11,071 nt of DNA from a virus (taxonomy: Duplodnaviria > Heunggongvirae > Uroviricota > Caudoviricetes): IMG/VR virus record IMGVR_UViG_2778261676_000005; one strand, 5' to 3'. The notes under the pieces are model-generated. The model made no database searches and was not told where the DNA came from. It worked only from the letters and a program-made list of their open reading frames with translations. Below, piece by piece: positions 1 through 7,549 of the stretch (positions are counted from its first letter, which is position 1; each line of letters begins with the position of its first letter). The translations under genes and the position numbers were made by a program.

Positions 1-1053
1 TTACGGGGTAATGCCAACCGCTGCCGCCACTTTGTCGCCACTTGGCAGCGTTGCCAGAGGATTGAAACGGAGCGCCGTTTCCAGATGATCCGGTGCCAGA
101 TGAGCGTAACGCATAGTCATTTTTATATCGTGATGTCCGAGGATTTTTTGCAAAGCAAGGATATTTCCACCCGACATCATGAAATGCGCCGCAAACGTAT
201 GGCGCAGAACGTGTGTCAGTTGACCGCGAGGGAGCACGATTGACGTTTTTTCCATCACGGATAAAAATTGAAAATAGCAGTCTGTGAAGAAATTGAACCC
301 ATCAAGCGCCATGATCTCTTCATAAAGCTCTTTACTGATAGGGATGCTTCTGTTTTTCTTCCCCTTCGTTCTTACAAAGGTAATTCGGTATTTAGTCACC
401 TGTGATCGGGTAAGGTTTATTGCTTCTCGCCAGCGTGCGCCTGTGCTTAAGCATATCTTGACTACCAGTGCCAGAATTGGGTCCTGACGTTTGCAATCAG
501 CCAGCAGTTCAACAATCTGCTCATGGGTAAGCCATGCCATCTCTTTTTCTGCGATGGTGAATTTTCGCATGTTCTCCAGTGGGTTTGGATACGACCATTC
601 GCCCAGGCGGGATAGTTCGCTAAAAACACTACTTAGATAGCTTTGCTCCAGGTTAATGGTGACCGGGCTTGCTCCTTTCTTCCATTTCTCGCTGAAGTAG
701 ATCTCACCTGTCAGGCGTTTATCTCGATAGTGGGCAAACATTTTAGAGGTGAGATCGGTTGCAAGGGGATTGCCCAGAGCGTCAACCATCAACAGCAATT
801 TATCATAGACATGCTGCCCAGCGGTTAGAGATTTACCATGTAGTTTGAACCATAGCTCAACCACGTCTTTCAGTGTTCGACGATCCACTGATTCTCCCAG
901 CCAGGGCTTTGCTTCGGTTTCTTCCATCGTATGGCGCTCAAAAGCCAGAGCTTCGCCTTTGGTGGCGAATTGTTTACGCACACGACGCCCACTACGTCCG
1001 GCGGGGTAACATTCGCAAAGCCATTTTCCTGTGGTGAGTTTTCGTACTGCCAT
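1..1053 (-). CDS. int: Tyrosine recombinase / phage integrase, P2-186 family
   Basis: The 376-aa ORF resembles P2 integrase along its length, including the C-terminal catalytic region (..HVLRHTFAAHFMMSGGNILALQKILGH..MTMRYAHL). Start placed at ATG 1053 (MAVRKLTTGKW) because GGAGGG lies 7 nt upstream; the ORF-track start at 1131 is probably an upstream extension. Stop is at 1-3. Confidence 0.9.
   Translation of the reverse strand: MAVRKLTTGKWLCECYPAGRSGRRVRKQFATKGEALAFERHTMEETEAKPWLGESVDRRTLKDVVELWFKLHGKSLTAGQHVYDKLLLMVDALGNPLATDLTSKMFAHYRDKRLTGEIYFSEKWKKGASPVTINLEQSYLSSVFSELSRLGEWSYPNPLENMRKFTIAEKEMAWLTHEQIVELLADCKRQDPILALVVKICLSTGARWREAINLTRSQVTKYRITFVRTKGKKNRSIPISKELYEEIMALDGFNFFTDCYFQFLSVMEKTSIVLPRGQLTHVLRHTFAAHFMMSGGNILALQKILGHHDIKMTMRYAHLAPDHLETALRFNPLATLPSGDKVAAAVGITP
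19..40. repeat. Left copy of 22-bp direct repeat cgctgccgccaYtttgtcgcca; candidate attL core
   Basis: Matches 8217-8238 at 21 of 22 positions (c versus t at position 12). It lies in the last codons of int; the other copy abuts the ogr stop, where P2-type attP is expected. Confidence 0.6.
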
Positions 1054-1239
1054 AAAAAATGCCCTCCAATAGAGAGCATTTTTACTGTATGTATAACCAG
1101 TGTCAATGTATGAAATCCTGCGACCATACATCTCACTGAAGCCATAATGAAGTTGGCTATTTTTTGCTATGTGAGTATGTGACTTTTGCGGTTAGCCTGC
1201 GGCTCATTGTTATATTAGGCGTAGATATAAAAGCAAAAT

Positions 1240-1431
1240 TTATCGCGAGTTTTTAGTACAGATTTTTTTTGATTTACTAATAGTTCCATCATTGCAAACG
1301 AACTTTCCATCGGAGGTACAGTGAGAGACACCTCCCTTTTTCCCAGAACAAGGGTAATTTTTAGCATAGGTAGTTAGTGGGTTTAATAACAAAGAGCATG
1401 ATAAAACCACAAAAAATACCTTACCAAGCAT
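1240..1431 (-). CDS. Small secreted cysteine- and lysine-rich protein (63 aa), function unknown
   Basis: Hydrophobic N-terminus with a likely signal-peptidase site after ..TYA; mature part ~40 aa with 4 Cys. Strong SD (GGGAGGAAA) directly after the cI stop, so probably co-translated with cI. Region is visibly AT-rich. Confidence 0.55.
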   Translation of the reverse strand: MLGKVFFVVLSCSLLLNPLTTYAKNYPCSGKKGGVSHCTSDGKFVCNDGTISKSKKICTKNSR

Positions 1432-1446
1432 AGTTTCCTCCCGGTA

Positions 1447-2016
1447 TTACCTAACGTACTTAATTGTTAAACTTATAATTTTCCCAATTATTTCAACATC
1501 TTCTATCTTGCACTCGAAGGCTCTGTTTCCACCTTCAACGAAGATTCTTCCACCGGGTAAACGAGTAATGTCGCGGATTGTTATTTCGCCATCAATACTT
1601 ATTACCCATTTACCGTCACGTATATCATCAAATTCTTTATCACAAATAAATTCAGAATTGTTATCTGTGATGACAAAAGGTTTTTTAAACGTAGAGGGTA
1701 GAAATCCCTTATCAAAAATATAAAAACCGTCTTCACGCAAGGCACCATCAGATAATACATATTTAGCAACTTCCATAGTATTTGTATTACCTGAAGTTTG
1801 CTTTGAACCATGTCCGGTTGTGAGCCAATTAAGCGAGGTGCCCGTTTCAAGGGCGCACTGGATTACCCATTCTGCTGGGAATGAGTCACGCATGTAGCGT
1901 GTGGCGAGTGTACTTTTAGAGATTCCTAAATGATCGCACAACGCCTGTCGAGTTTTGAATCCATAAGCTTCTACCATGCGCTCTATAGCGCCTCGTCCGC
2001 CTTTCTCCAAATTCAT
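1447..2016 (-). CDS. cI: CI-type prophage repressor (phage 186 CI family: N-terminal HTH plus C-terminal domain)
   Basis: N-terminus AIERMVEAYGFKTRQALCDHLGISKSTLATRYMRDSFP is typical of the 186 CI HTH domain; ~190 aa as in 186 CI. Divergent from the early operon. ATG 2016 preferred (GGAG 5 nt upstream) over the GTG at 2022 used by the track. Confidence 0.8.
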   Translation of the reverse strand: MNLEKGGRGAIERMVEAYGFKTRQALCDHLGISKSTLATRYMRDSFPAEWVIQCALETGTSLNWLTTGHGSKQTSGNTNTMEVAKYVLSDGALREDGFYIFDKGFLPSTFKKPFVITDNNSEFICDKEFDDIRDGKWVISIDGEITIRDITRLPGGRIFVEGGNRAFECKIEDVEIIGKIISLTIKYVR

Positions 2017-2040
2017 GGTCACTCCAAGTGAACTTTTATC

Positions 2041-2069
2041 TTGACGATTTCACTGTGCGATCGTATGTT
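2041..2069 (+). promoter_or_regulatory. Candidate sigma70 early lytic promoter (pR-like): TTGACG-N17-TATGTT
   Basis: -35 TTGACG at 2041-2046, 17-nt spacer, -10 TATGTT at 2064-2069, pointing at apl/cII. Flanked by inverted hexamers GTGAAC (2030-2035) and GTTCAC (2086-2091) and by two GATC sites. Confidence 0.4.
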
Positions 2070-2141
2070 TATGGTGTTCACAAAATACAAACGATCCGTA
2101 TTCGTCCTGATTAATCATCATTAAACGAGGAATGTTGCATC

Positions 2142-2363
2142 ATGAGACCTAACATTTCAATCACTCTTACCACGCCTCATGTGACTATTGAACGCTATAG
2201 CGAGCTGACAGGGCTGTCCATCGATACCATCAATGACATGTTGGCTGACGGACGCCTTATCCGTCACCGTCTGCGCAAAGATAAAAAACGTGAAAAAGTG
2301 ATGATCAACATAGCAGCCATGACCGTTGATGCGCTTTCAGAATGCAATCTAAACCTTAATTAG
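2142..2363 (+). CDS. apl: Apl/Cox-like small DNA-binding protein (excision control / repressor of lysogenic promoter), assigned by position
   Basis: First gene of the rightward operon opposite cI, 73 aa, basic C-terminus, GAGGAA upstream. Assignment rests on position in the 186-type switch and size, not on recognised sequence motifs. Confidence 0.5.
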   Translation: MRPNISITLTTPHVTIERYSELTGLSIDTINDMLADGRLIRHRLRKDKKREKVMINIAAMTVDALSECNLNLN

Positions 2364-2395
2364 TTCGATTCTGAAATACATCAGAGGCATTGACC

Positions 2396-2905
2396 ATGTT
2401 TGATTACCAAGTTTCCAAACATCCACATTTTGATGAAGCCTGTCGTGCATTCGCATTGCGCCACAACCTAGTGCAACTGGCAGAACGTGCAGGCATGAAT
2501 GTGCAGATTCTGCGGAACAAGCTGAACCCAGCTCAACCTCATTTATTAACCGCACCAGAAATCTGGTTGCTTACCGATCTGACTGAAGATTCAACGCTGG
2601 TAGATGGCTTTCTGGCACAGATTCACTGCCTGCCATGTGTACCGATTAATGAGGTGGCAAAAGAGAAACTGCCGCATTACGTCATGAGTGCAACTGCAGA
2701 GATAGGGCGTGTCGCGGCAGGTGCGGTTTCTGGCGATGTAAAAACCAGTGCAGGCCGTCGTGATGCGATCAGCAGCATTAACTCTGTTACACGACTGATG
2801 GCGCTGGCTGCTGTTTCATTGCAGGCCCGTTTACAGGCTAATCCTGCGATGGCGAGTGCAGTTGATACCGTGACTGGCCTCGGTGCTTCATTCGGTTTGC
2901 TGTGA
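2396..2905 (+). CDS. cII: CII-like lysogeny establishment regulator (phage 186 CII family)
   Basis: Resembles 186 CII from the second Met ([20 protein letters not shown]..), and is 169 aa from that Met, the same length as 186 CII. AGAGG lies 8 nt upstream of ATG 2396. Confidence 0.8.
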   Translation: MFDYQVSKHPHFDEACRAFALRHNLVQLAERAGMNVQILRNKLNPAQPHLLTAPEIWLLTDLTEDSTLVDGFLAQIHCLPCVPINEVAKEKLPHYVMSATAEIGRVAAGAVSGDVKTSAGRRDAISSINSVTRLMALAAVSLQARLQANPAMASAVDTVTGLGASFGLL

Positions 2906-2912
2906 GGTGCTT

Positions 2913-3113
2913 ATGCTGACGAAAGAACCATCATTTGCATCGCTGCTGGTAAAACAAAGTCCGGCAATGCACTACGGTCACGGCTGGATCATGGGTGAGG
3001 ATGGTAAACGCTGGCATCCGTGCCGTTCACAAGATGAATTGCTGGCAGAACTATCTACGAAAAAACGGGGGAACAAATGGCTATTGAAGGCGCTGCGGCG
3101 ACTGTTCCATTAA
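2913..3113 (+). CDS. Small early protein, unknown function (positional equivalent of 186 fil)
   Basis: ATG 2913 preceded by GTGAGGTG; 66 aa; follows cII in the same operon. No motif recognised. Confidence 0.45.
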   Translation: MLTKEPSFASLLVKQSPAMHYGHGWIMGEDGKRWHPCRSQDELLAELSTKKRGNKWLLKALRRLFH

Positions 3114-3418
3114 GACCCGGTGAACGCCTGAATGGACTTAATCATATTGCGGAGTTAAGGGCGAAAGTTTTTGGTTTGAATATTGAGTCAGAGCTTGAGC
3201 GGTTTATTAAAGATATGCGTGATCCTCGGGATATCAATAATGAACAAAATAAACGGGCACTGGCTGCCATATTCTTTATGGCAAAAATTCCAGCTGAACG
3301 TCATAGCATCAGCATTAATGAGCTGACCACTGACGAAAAGCGGGAGTTGATTAAAGCAATGAATCATTTTCGTGCAGTGGTGAGCTTATTTCCCAGACGG
3401 CTAACCATGCCGAATTAA
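3077..3418 (+). CDS. Early protein, unknown function (113 aa)
   Basis: ATG 3077 preceded by GGGGGAA; overlaps the upstream ORF by 37 nt in another frame. No motif recognised. Confidence 0.45.
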   Translation: MAIEGAAATVPLRPGERLNGLNHIAELRAKVFGLNIESELERFIKDMRDPRDINNEQNKRALAAIFFMAKIPAERHSISINELTTDEKRELIKAMNHFRAVVSLFPRRLTMPN

Positions 3419-3485
3419 CCAACTAATGAAATTAATGGCGTAAACCCGCCGGGCATCCCTTTATCTAAATTCAGGAGAATTGCTT

Positions 3486-3719
3486 ATGCGTAATATTGAA
3501 ACCCTCACGACCAAAACCGGACCGGATGATGCAGGTCTTAATCTTTTACTGACAGAAGCTCGTCTGGAAGAACGCCGGGCAAGGGCTGAAGCAATGGCTG
3601 CTCGCCTCGATAGCCTGGCGTGTCATATCACCTCCCGCCAGCTAAACCACGTCGAAGCGGCAGAACTGCTGCGTGTGACTGCTGAAGCAATCCAGAACGA
3701 AGCGCAGGAGATCCACTGA
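3486..3719 (+). CDS. Small early protein, unknown function (77 aa)
   Basis: ATG 3486 with AGGAG 8 nt upstream (the track start at 3480 is a TTG). Its stop overlaps the next start (TGATG). Confidence 0.5.
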   Translation: MRNIETLTTKTGPDDAGLNLLLTEARLEERRARAEAMAARLDSLACHITSRQLNHVEAAELLRVTAEAIQNEAQEIH

Positions 3720-3946
3720 TGGCTGATGCAATGGATCTCGTACAGCAGCGCGTTGAAGAAGAACGCCAACGCCATATCCGTGCTGCCCGTGCCAAAACGC
3801 CGGGCGTGTCCCGCGTGCTTTGCGTTGAGTGTGAAGCGCCAATTCCGCCAGCACGCCGCCGTGCCATTCCGGGTGTGCAGCTTTGCATTACCTGTCAGGA
3901 AATCGCAGAGCTGAAAGGCAAACATTACAACGGAGGTGCTGTATGA
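3719..3946 (+). CDS. TraR/DksA-family C4 zinc-finger protein (P2 orf82-like)
   Basis: CVECEAPIPPARRRAIPGVQLCITCQ is a CxxC...CxxC finger with the basic spacer typical of phage TraR-like proteins. Stop overlaps the dam start (ATGA). Confidence 0.75.
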   Translation: MADAMDLVQQRVEEERQRHIRAARAKTPGVSRVLCVECEAPIPPARRRAIPGVQLCITCQEIAELKGKHYNGGAV

Positions 3947-4800
3947 GCACCATCCTGAAATGGGCAGGAAATAAAACCGCCATAATGTCCGAACTGAAAA
4001 AGCATCTTCCTGCTGGCCCGCGACTGGTTGAACCTTTCGCGGGTTCCTGTGCAGTGATGATGGAGACGGATTATCCCAGCTATCTTGTTGCGGATATTAA
4101 TCCTGATTTAATCAACCTCTATAAAAAGGTTGCTGCTGATTGTGAGGCGTTTATATCTCGTGCCAGAGCTTTATTTGAGGAAGCAAACAGGGAGGTGGCT
4201 TATTACAACATAAGGCAGGAGTTTAATTACTCCACTGAAATTACTGATTTCATGAAAGCGGTATATTTCCTGTATCTCAATCGTCACGGTTACCGTGGTT
4301 TATGTCGCTATAACAAGAGCGGGAATTTCAACATTCCCTACGGTAATTATAAAAATCCGTATTTCCCTGAAAAAGAAATTCGCGCATTTGCAGAAAAAGC
4401 CCAGCGAGCAACGTTTATCTGCGCCAGCTTTGATGAAACGCTGGCGATGTTGAAGGCGGGGGATGTGGTGTATTGCGATCCGCCGTATGACGGTACGTTT
4501 TCCGGCTATCACACTGATGGTTTCACTGAAGATGACCAGTATCACCTGGCATCCGTTCTTGAACATCGGTCATCAGAAGGACATCCGGTCATTGTTTCTA
4601 ACAGTGACACATCCCTGATCCGTTCGTTGTATCGCAATTTCACCCACCACTACATCAAAGCAAAACGCAGCATCGGTGTGGCAGCTGGCGAGGGTAAATC
4701 AGCAACAGAAATCATTGCTGTTTCCGGGCCGCGCTGCTGGGTGGGATTTGATTATTCGCGTGGCGTGGACAGTTCTGCCGTGTACGGAGTACGTGCATGA
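3943..4800 (+). CDS. dam: DNA adenine methyltransferase, Dam-like (N6-adenine class)
   Basis: N-terminus [11 protein letters not shown] and motif FAGSCAV, plus the catalytic DPPY motif ([11 protein letters not shown]). ATG 3943 follows GGAGG; the longer track ORF from 3883 is an upstream extension. Confidence 0.85.
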   Translation: MSTILKWAGNKTAIMSELKKHLPAGPRLVEPFAGSCAVMMETDYPSYLVADINPDLINLYKKVAADCEAFISRARALFEEANREVAYYNIRQEFNYSTEITDFMKAVYFLYLNRHGYRGLCRYNKSGNFNIPYGNYKNPYFPEKEIRAFAEKAQRATFICASFDETLAMLKAGDVVYCDPPYDGTFSGYHTDGFTEDDQYHLASVLEHRSSEGHPVIVSNSDTSLIRSLYRNFTHHYIKAKRSIGVAAGEGKSATEIIAVSGPRCWVGFDYSRGVDSSAVYGVRA

Positions 4801-6359
4801 GTCATGCCGATATGAACAACTGCTGCGGCTTTAACGAGTCTGCCGCAGCATTCTCATGGAACAGCCCGAAAAAGGCCATTAACCCTTATCTGGACCCGGC
4901 GGAAGTTGCGCCGGTTTCTGCGCTTTCAAACCTGATCACTCTGTACGCTGCCGATAACGAGCAGGAACAACTGCGCCGCGAGGCACTGAGTGATCAGGTC
5001 TGGGAGCGTTATTTCTTTAATGAATCCCGTGATCCTGTCCAGCGCGAAATGGAGCAGGATAAGCTAATTAGCCGGGCAAAGCTGGCGCATGAGCAGCAGC
5101 GTTTTAATCCGGACATGGTCATTCTGGCGGATGTCAACGCCCAGCCTTCCCATATCAGCAAGCCGCTGATGCAACGTATTGAATACTTCAGCAGCCTGGG
5201 CAGGCCAAAGGCTTATTCCCGCTATTTACGTGAGACGATTAAGCCATGTCTGGAACGACTGGAGCATGTACGCGACAGTCAGCTATCTGCATCTTTTCGC
5301 TTTATGGCAAGCCATGAAGGGCTGGACGGCCTGCTGATCTTGCCTGAAATGAGTCAGGATCAGGTGAAACGCCTGTCCACCCTGGTAGCTGCGCATATGA
5401 GTATGTGCCTTGATGCAGCTTGTGGTGATTTGTATGCCACCGATGACGTTAAGCCAGAAGAAATCCGCAAGACATGGGAAAGGGTGGCAGCAGAAACCCT
5501 GCGACTGGATGTCATCCCACCTGCGTTTGAGCAACTCCGCCGGAAAAGAAACCGCCGTAAACCCGTGCCCTATGAACTCATTCCGGGTTCGCTGGCGCGT
5601 ATGTTGTGCGCCGACTGGTGGTATCGGAAATTATGGAAGATGCGTTGCGAATGGCGGGAAGAGCAGTTGCGCGCTGTCTGCCTGGTCAGCAAAAAAGCAT
5701 CTCCCTATGTCAGCTATGAAGCTGTGATGCATAAACGTGAGCAGCGCCGTAAGTCGCTGGAGTTTTTTCGTTCTCATGAACTGGTGAACGAAGATGGCGA
5801 CACGCTGGATATGGAAGACGTGGTAAACGCCAGCAGCAGCAACCCTGCGCATCGCCGCAATGAGATGATGGCCTGTGTTAAAGGTCTGGAGCTTATCGCG
5901 GAAATGCGCGGTGACTGCGCCGTTTTCTACACCATCACCTGTCCGTCACGTTTCCATTCCACGCTAAATAACGGCAGGCCCAACCCGACTTGGACAAATG
6001 CGACGGTAAGACAAAGCAGTGATTATCTGGTCGGCATGTTTGCTGCATTTCGTAAGGCGATGTACAAAGCCGGATTGCGCTGGTATGGCGTGCGGGTGGC
6101 TGAGCCGCATCATGACGGTACAGTTCACTGGCACCTGTTGTGTTTTATGCGCAAAAAAGATCGCCGCGCCATTACTGCTTTGTTGCGTAAGTTTGCCATT
6201 CGTGAAGACCGTGAGGAGCTGGGTAATAACACAGGACCACGCTTTAAGTCTGAGCTGATACCGGGGAAGTGCAGGCCGTGGAGCTTGTGGTGCGTGGACG
6301 TCACAAAGAAGTGGATTCCGGCGAGTGGAAGACGGGCGAAAGCAACACCACCAAAGTGA
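4797..6359 (+). pseudogene. A: Replication initiation protein gpA (rolling-circle HUH endonuclease), 3'-truncated
   Basis: Resembles P2 gpA through the HUH motif ([16 protein letters not shown]). The ORF then ends after a short tail that is the out-of-frame reading of the tail-tube-like fragment. At 520 aa it is short of the ~760 aa I recall for P2 gpA. Confidence 0.7.
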
Positions 6360-6490
6360 CCAGTACCAACAGCTACGCGAAGCTGACCATCAATGGTGAG
6401 GTGCTCTATGAACTGGACCTTATCAACATGGTGGAAATTGTGGACGGTGTGGACCTGATGGAAGCGCACCGCAACGCCCTCGGCCTCTGA
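6263..6490 (+). pseudogene. C-terminal fragment of a tail tube (gpFII-like) gene lacking its 5' part
   Basis: Frame-2 translation ..[69 protein letters not shown] resembles tail-tube C-termini and sits directly upstream of E, where FII lies in P2. No plausible start or N-terminal region. Confidence 0.45.
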
Positions 6491-6544
6491 TGTATCTGAA
6501 CGGCGCGGGATACCGCGCCAGAACCCAATTTACAGGACAACAAA

Positions 6545-6847
6545 ATGAGCGATAAGCAGACTGAAAAGACCATTCAACTGGATACCCCCATCATGCGCGG
6601 TAAAACAGAAATTACCGAAATTGTGTTGCGTAAACCGCAGTCTGGTGCGCTGCGCGGCACACGCCTGCAGGCCATTATGGATATGGATGTGAACGCGATG
6701 ATGACCGTGATCCCCCGCATCTCCAGTCCGGCACTGACTGCACAGGAAATCGCAGAGATGGACCCGGCAGATCTCACCGCTATGTCGGTTGAGGTTGTCA
6801 CTTTTTTGTTGAAGAAGTCGGTGCTTGCCGGTTTACCGACAGCCTGA
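6545..6847 (+). CDS. E: Tail assembly chaperone gpE
   Basis: 100-aa protein with gpE-like sequence (TIQLDTPIMRGKTEITEIVLRKPQSGALRG); slippery heptamer TTTTTTG near the 3' end; immediately upstream of the tape-measure start. Confidence 0.75.
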   Translation: MSDKQTEKTIQLDTPIMRGKTEITEIVLRKPQSGALRGTRLQAIMDMDVNAMMTVIPRISSPALTAQEIAEMDPADLTAMSVEVVTFLLKKSVLAGLPTA

Positions 6848-6981
6848 CGGTTGACGATCTGGTGGCAGATATCGCCACCATTTTTCACTGGCCGCCATCC
6901 GTTACTGACGTTATGCCGCTGACCGAAGTGCTGGAATGGCGGTATAAAGCGATTCAGAGATGCGGGGCCAACGATGAGTGA
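6545..6981 (+). CDS. gpE+E' frameshift fusion (programmed -1 frameshift, P2 E/E' and lambda G/GT type)
   Basis: From T TTT TTG at 6802-6808 the -1 frame is open to TGA at 6979-6981, reading ..GACRFTDSLTVDDLVADIATIFHWPPSVTDVMPLTEVLEWRYKAIQRCGANDE. It ends overlapping the T start at 6974, as in P2. Confidence 0.6.
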
Positions 6982-7549
6982 TAACAACCTGCGCCTGCAG
7001 GTCATTCTTAATGCGGTTGACAAACTCACCCGCCCATTCCGTGCTGCACAGGCCAGTTCGAAAGAGCTGGCTGGCGCAATCAGAAACTCCCGTGACGCAT
7101 TAAAGCAACTCAATCAGGCGGGTAACAGCCTGGAAAAATTTCGCAAGCTGCAGGCTGATAACAAGAAGTTAGGCGACAGGCTGAACTATGCCAGACAGAA
7201 GGCTAATTTGCTTAGCTCTGAGCTGGAGGCGATGGAGCAACCATCACAAAGGCATTTTGTGGCTTTAGGTCGGCAAACGCTGGCAGTCCAACGCCTGGAA
7301 GAACAACAAAAATATTTGCAGAAGCAAACGGCGCTTGTGCGTGCTGAACTGTACCGGGCGGGAATTTCTGCGAAAGATGATGCGGGAGCAACTGCCCGTT
7401 TAGCCCGTGAAACATCACGTTATAACCAGGAACTTTCGAAACAGGAGGCGCGGCTGAAGCGACTGGGGGAAGCTCAGCGCAGGATGAATGCAGCGCGTGC
7501 CAGTTACCCGCGAACCCGCGAAGAAAGAAAGCACTACGGTGAAGCGTAA
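6974..7549 (+). pseudogene. T: Tail tape measure protein gpT, N-terminal fragment (~170 aa of an expected ~800)
   Basis: N-terminus MSDNNLRLQVILNAVDKLTRPF with coiled-coil sequence is typical of P2-family tape measure proteins. The ORF ends after 191 aa and overlaps the gpD-fragment frame. Confidence 0.7.

Noticed and set aside
1054-1131. N-terminal extension of the integrase ORF (MYGRRISYIDTGYTYSKNALYWRAFF..)
   Set aside because: The internal ATG at 1053 has a near-consensus SD (GGAGGG, 7-nt spacer) and gives an N-terminus like P2 Int; the extension has no SD and no homology.
643-1145. ORFs 643-828 (+), 870-1145 (-) and 931-1113 (+) overlapping int
   Set aside because: They lie antisense or out of frame inside a well-supported integrase gene, with no SD and low-complexity translations.
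1508-1850. ORFs 1508-1723 (+) and 1602-1850 (-) inside cI
   Set aside because: Alternative-frame and antisense ORFs within the cI coding sequence; the AT-rich sequence produces spurious open frames.
2349-2555. Minus-strand ORF 2349-2555 overlapping the cII start
   Set aside because: Antisense to the well-supported cII gene, with no ribosome-binding site.
3623-3925. Three minus-strand ORFs and the plus ORF 3726-3914 overlapping the TraR-like gene
   Set aside because: GC-rich stretch giving open frames on all strands; the TraR-like frame has the zinc-finger motif and coupled start and stop, the others have neither.
4300-4566. Minus-strand ORF 4300-4566 inside dam
   Set aside because: Antisense to the Dam-like gene, which carries the diagnostic DPPY motif; no support for the antisense frame.
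5283-6258. ORFs 5283-5534 (-), 5410-5727 (+), 5631-5852 (-) and 6019-6258 (+) inside gene A
   Set aside because: All overlap the gpA-like frame, which has recognisable homology; the alternative frames have none.
4797-6359. Reading the 520-aa gpA ORF as a complete short replication protein
   Set aside because: The last ~30 residues are the out-of-frame translation of the tail-tube-like fragment and the sequence stops soon after the HUH motif; truncation by deletion explains this better.
6125-7113. Minus-strand ORFs 6125-6469 and 6574-7113 spanning the tail fragments and E
   Set aside because: Antisense to the tail-tube-like fragment, E/E' and the tape-measure start, which have the homology and the frameshift architecture; these long antisense frames are probably chance.
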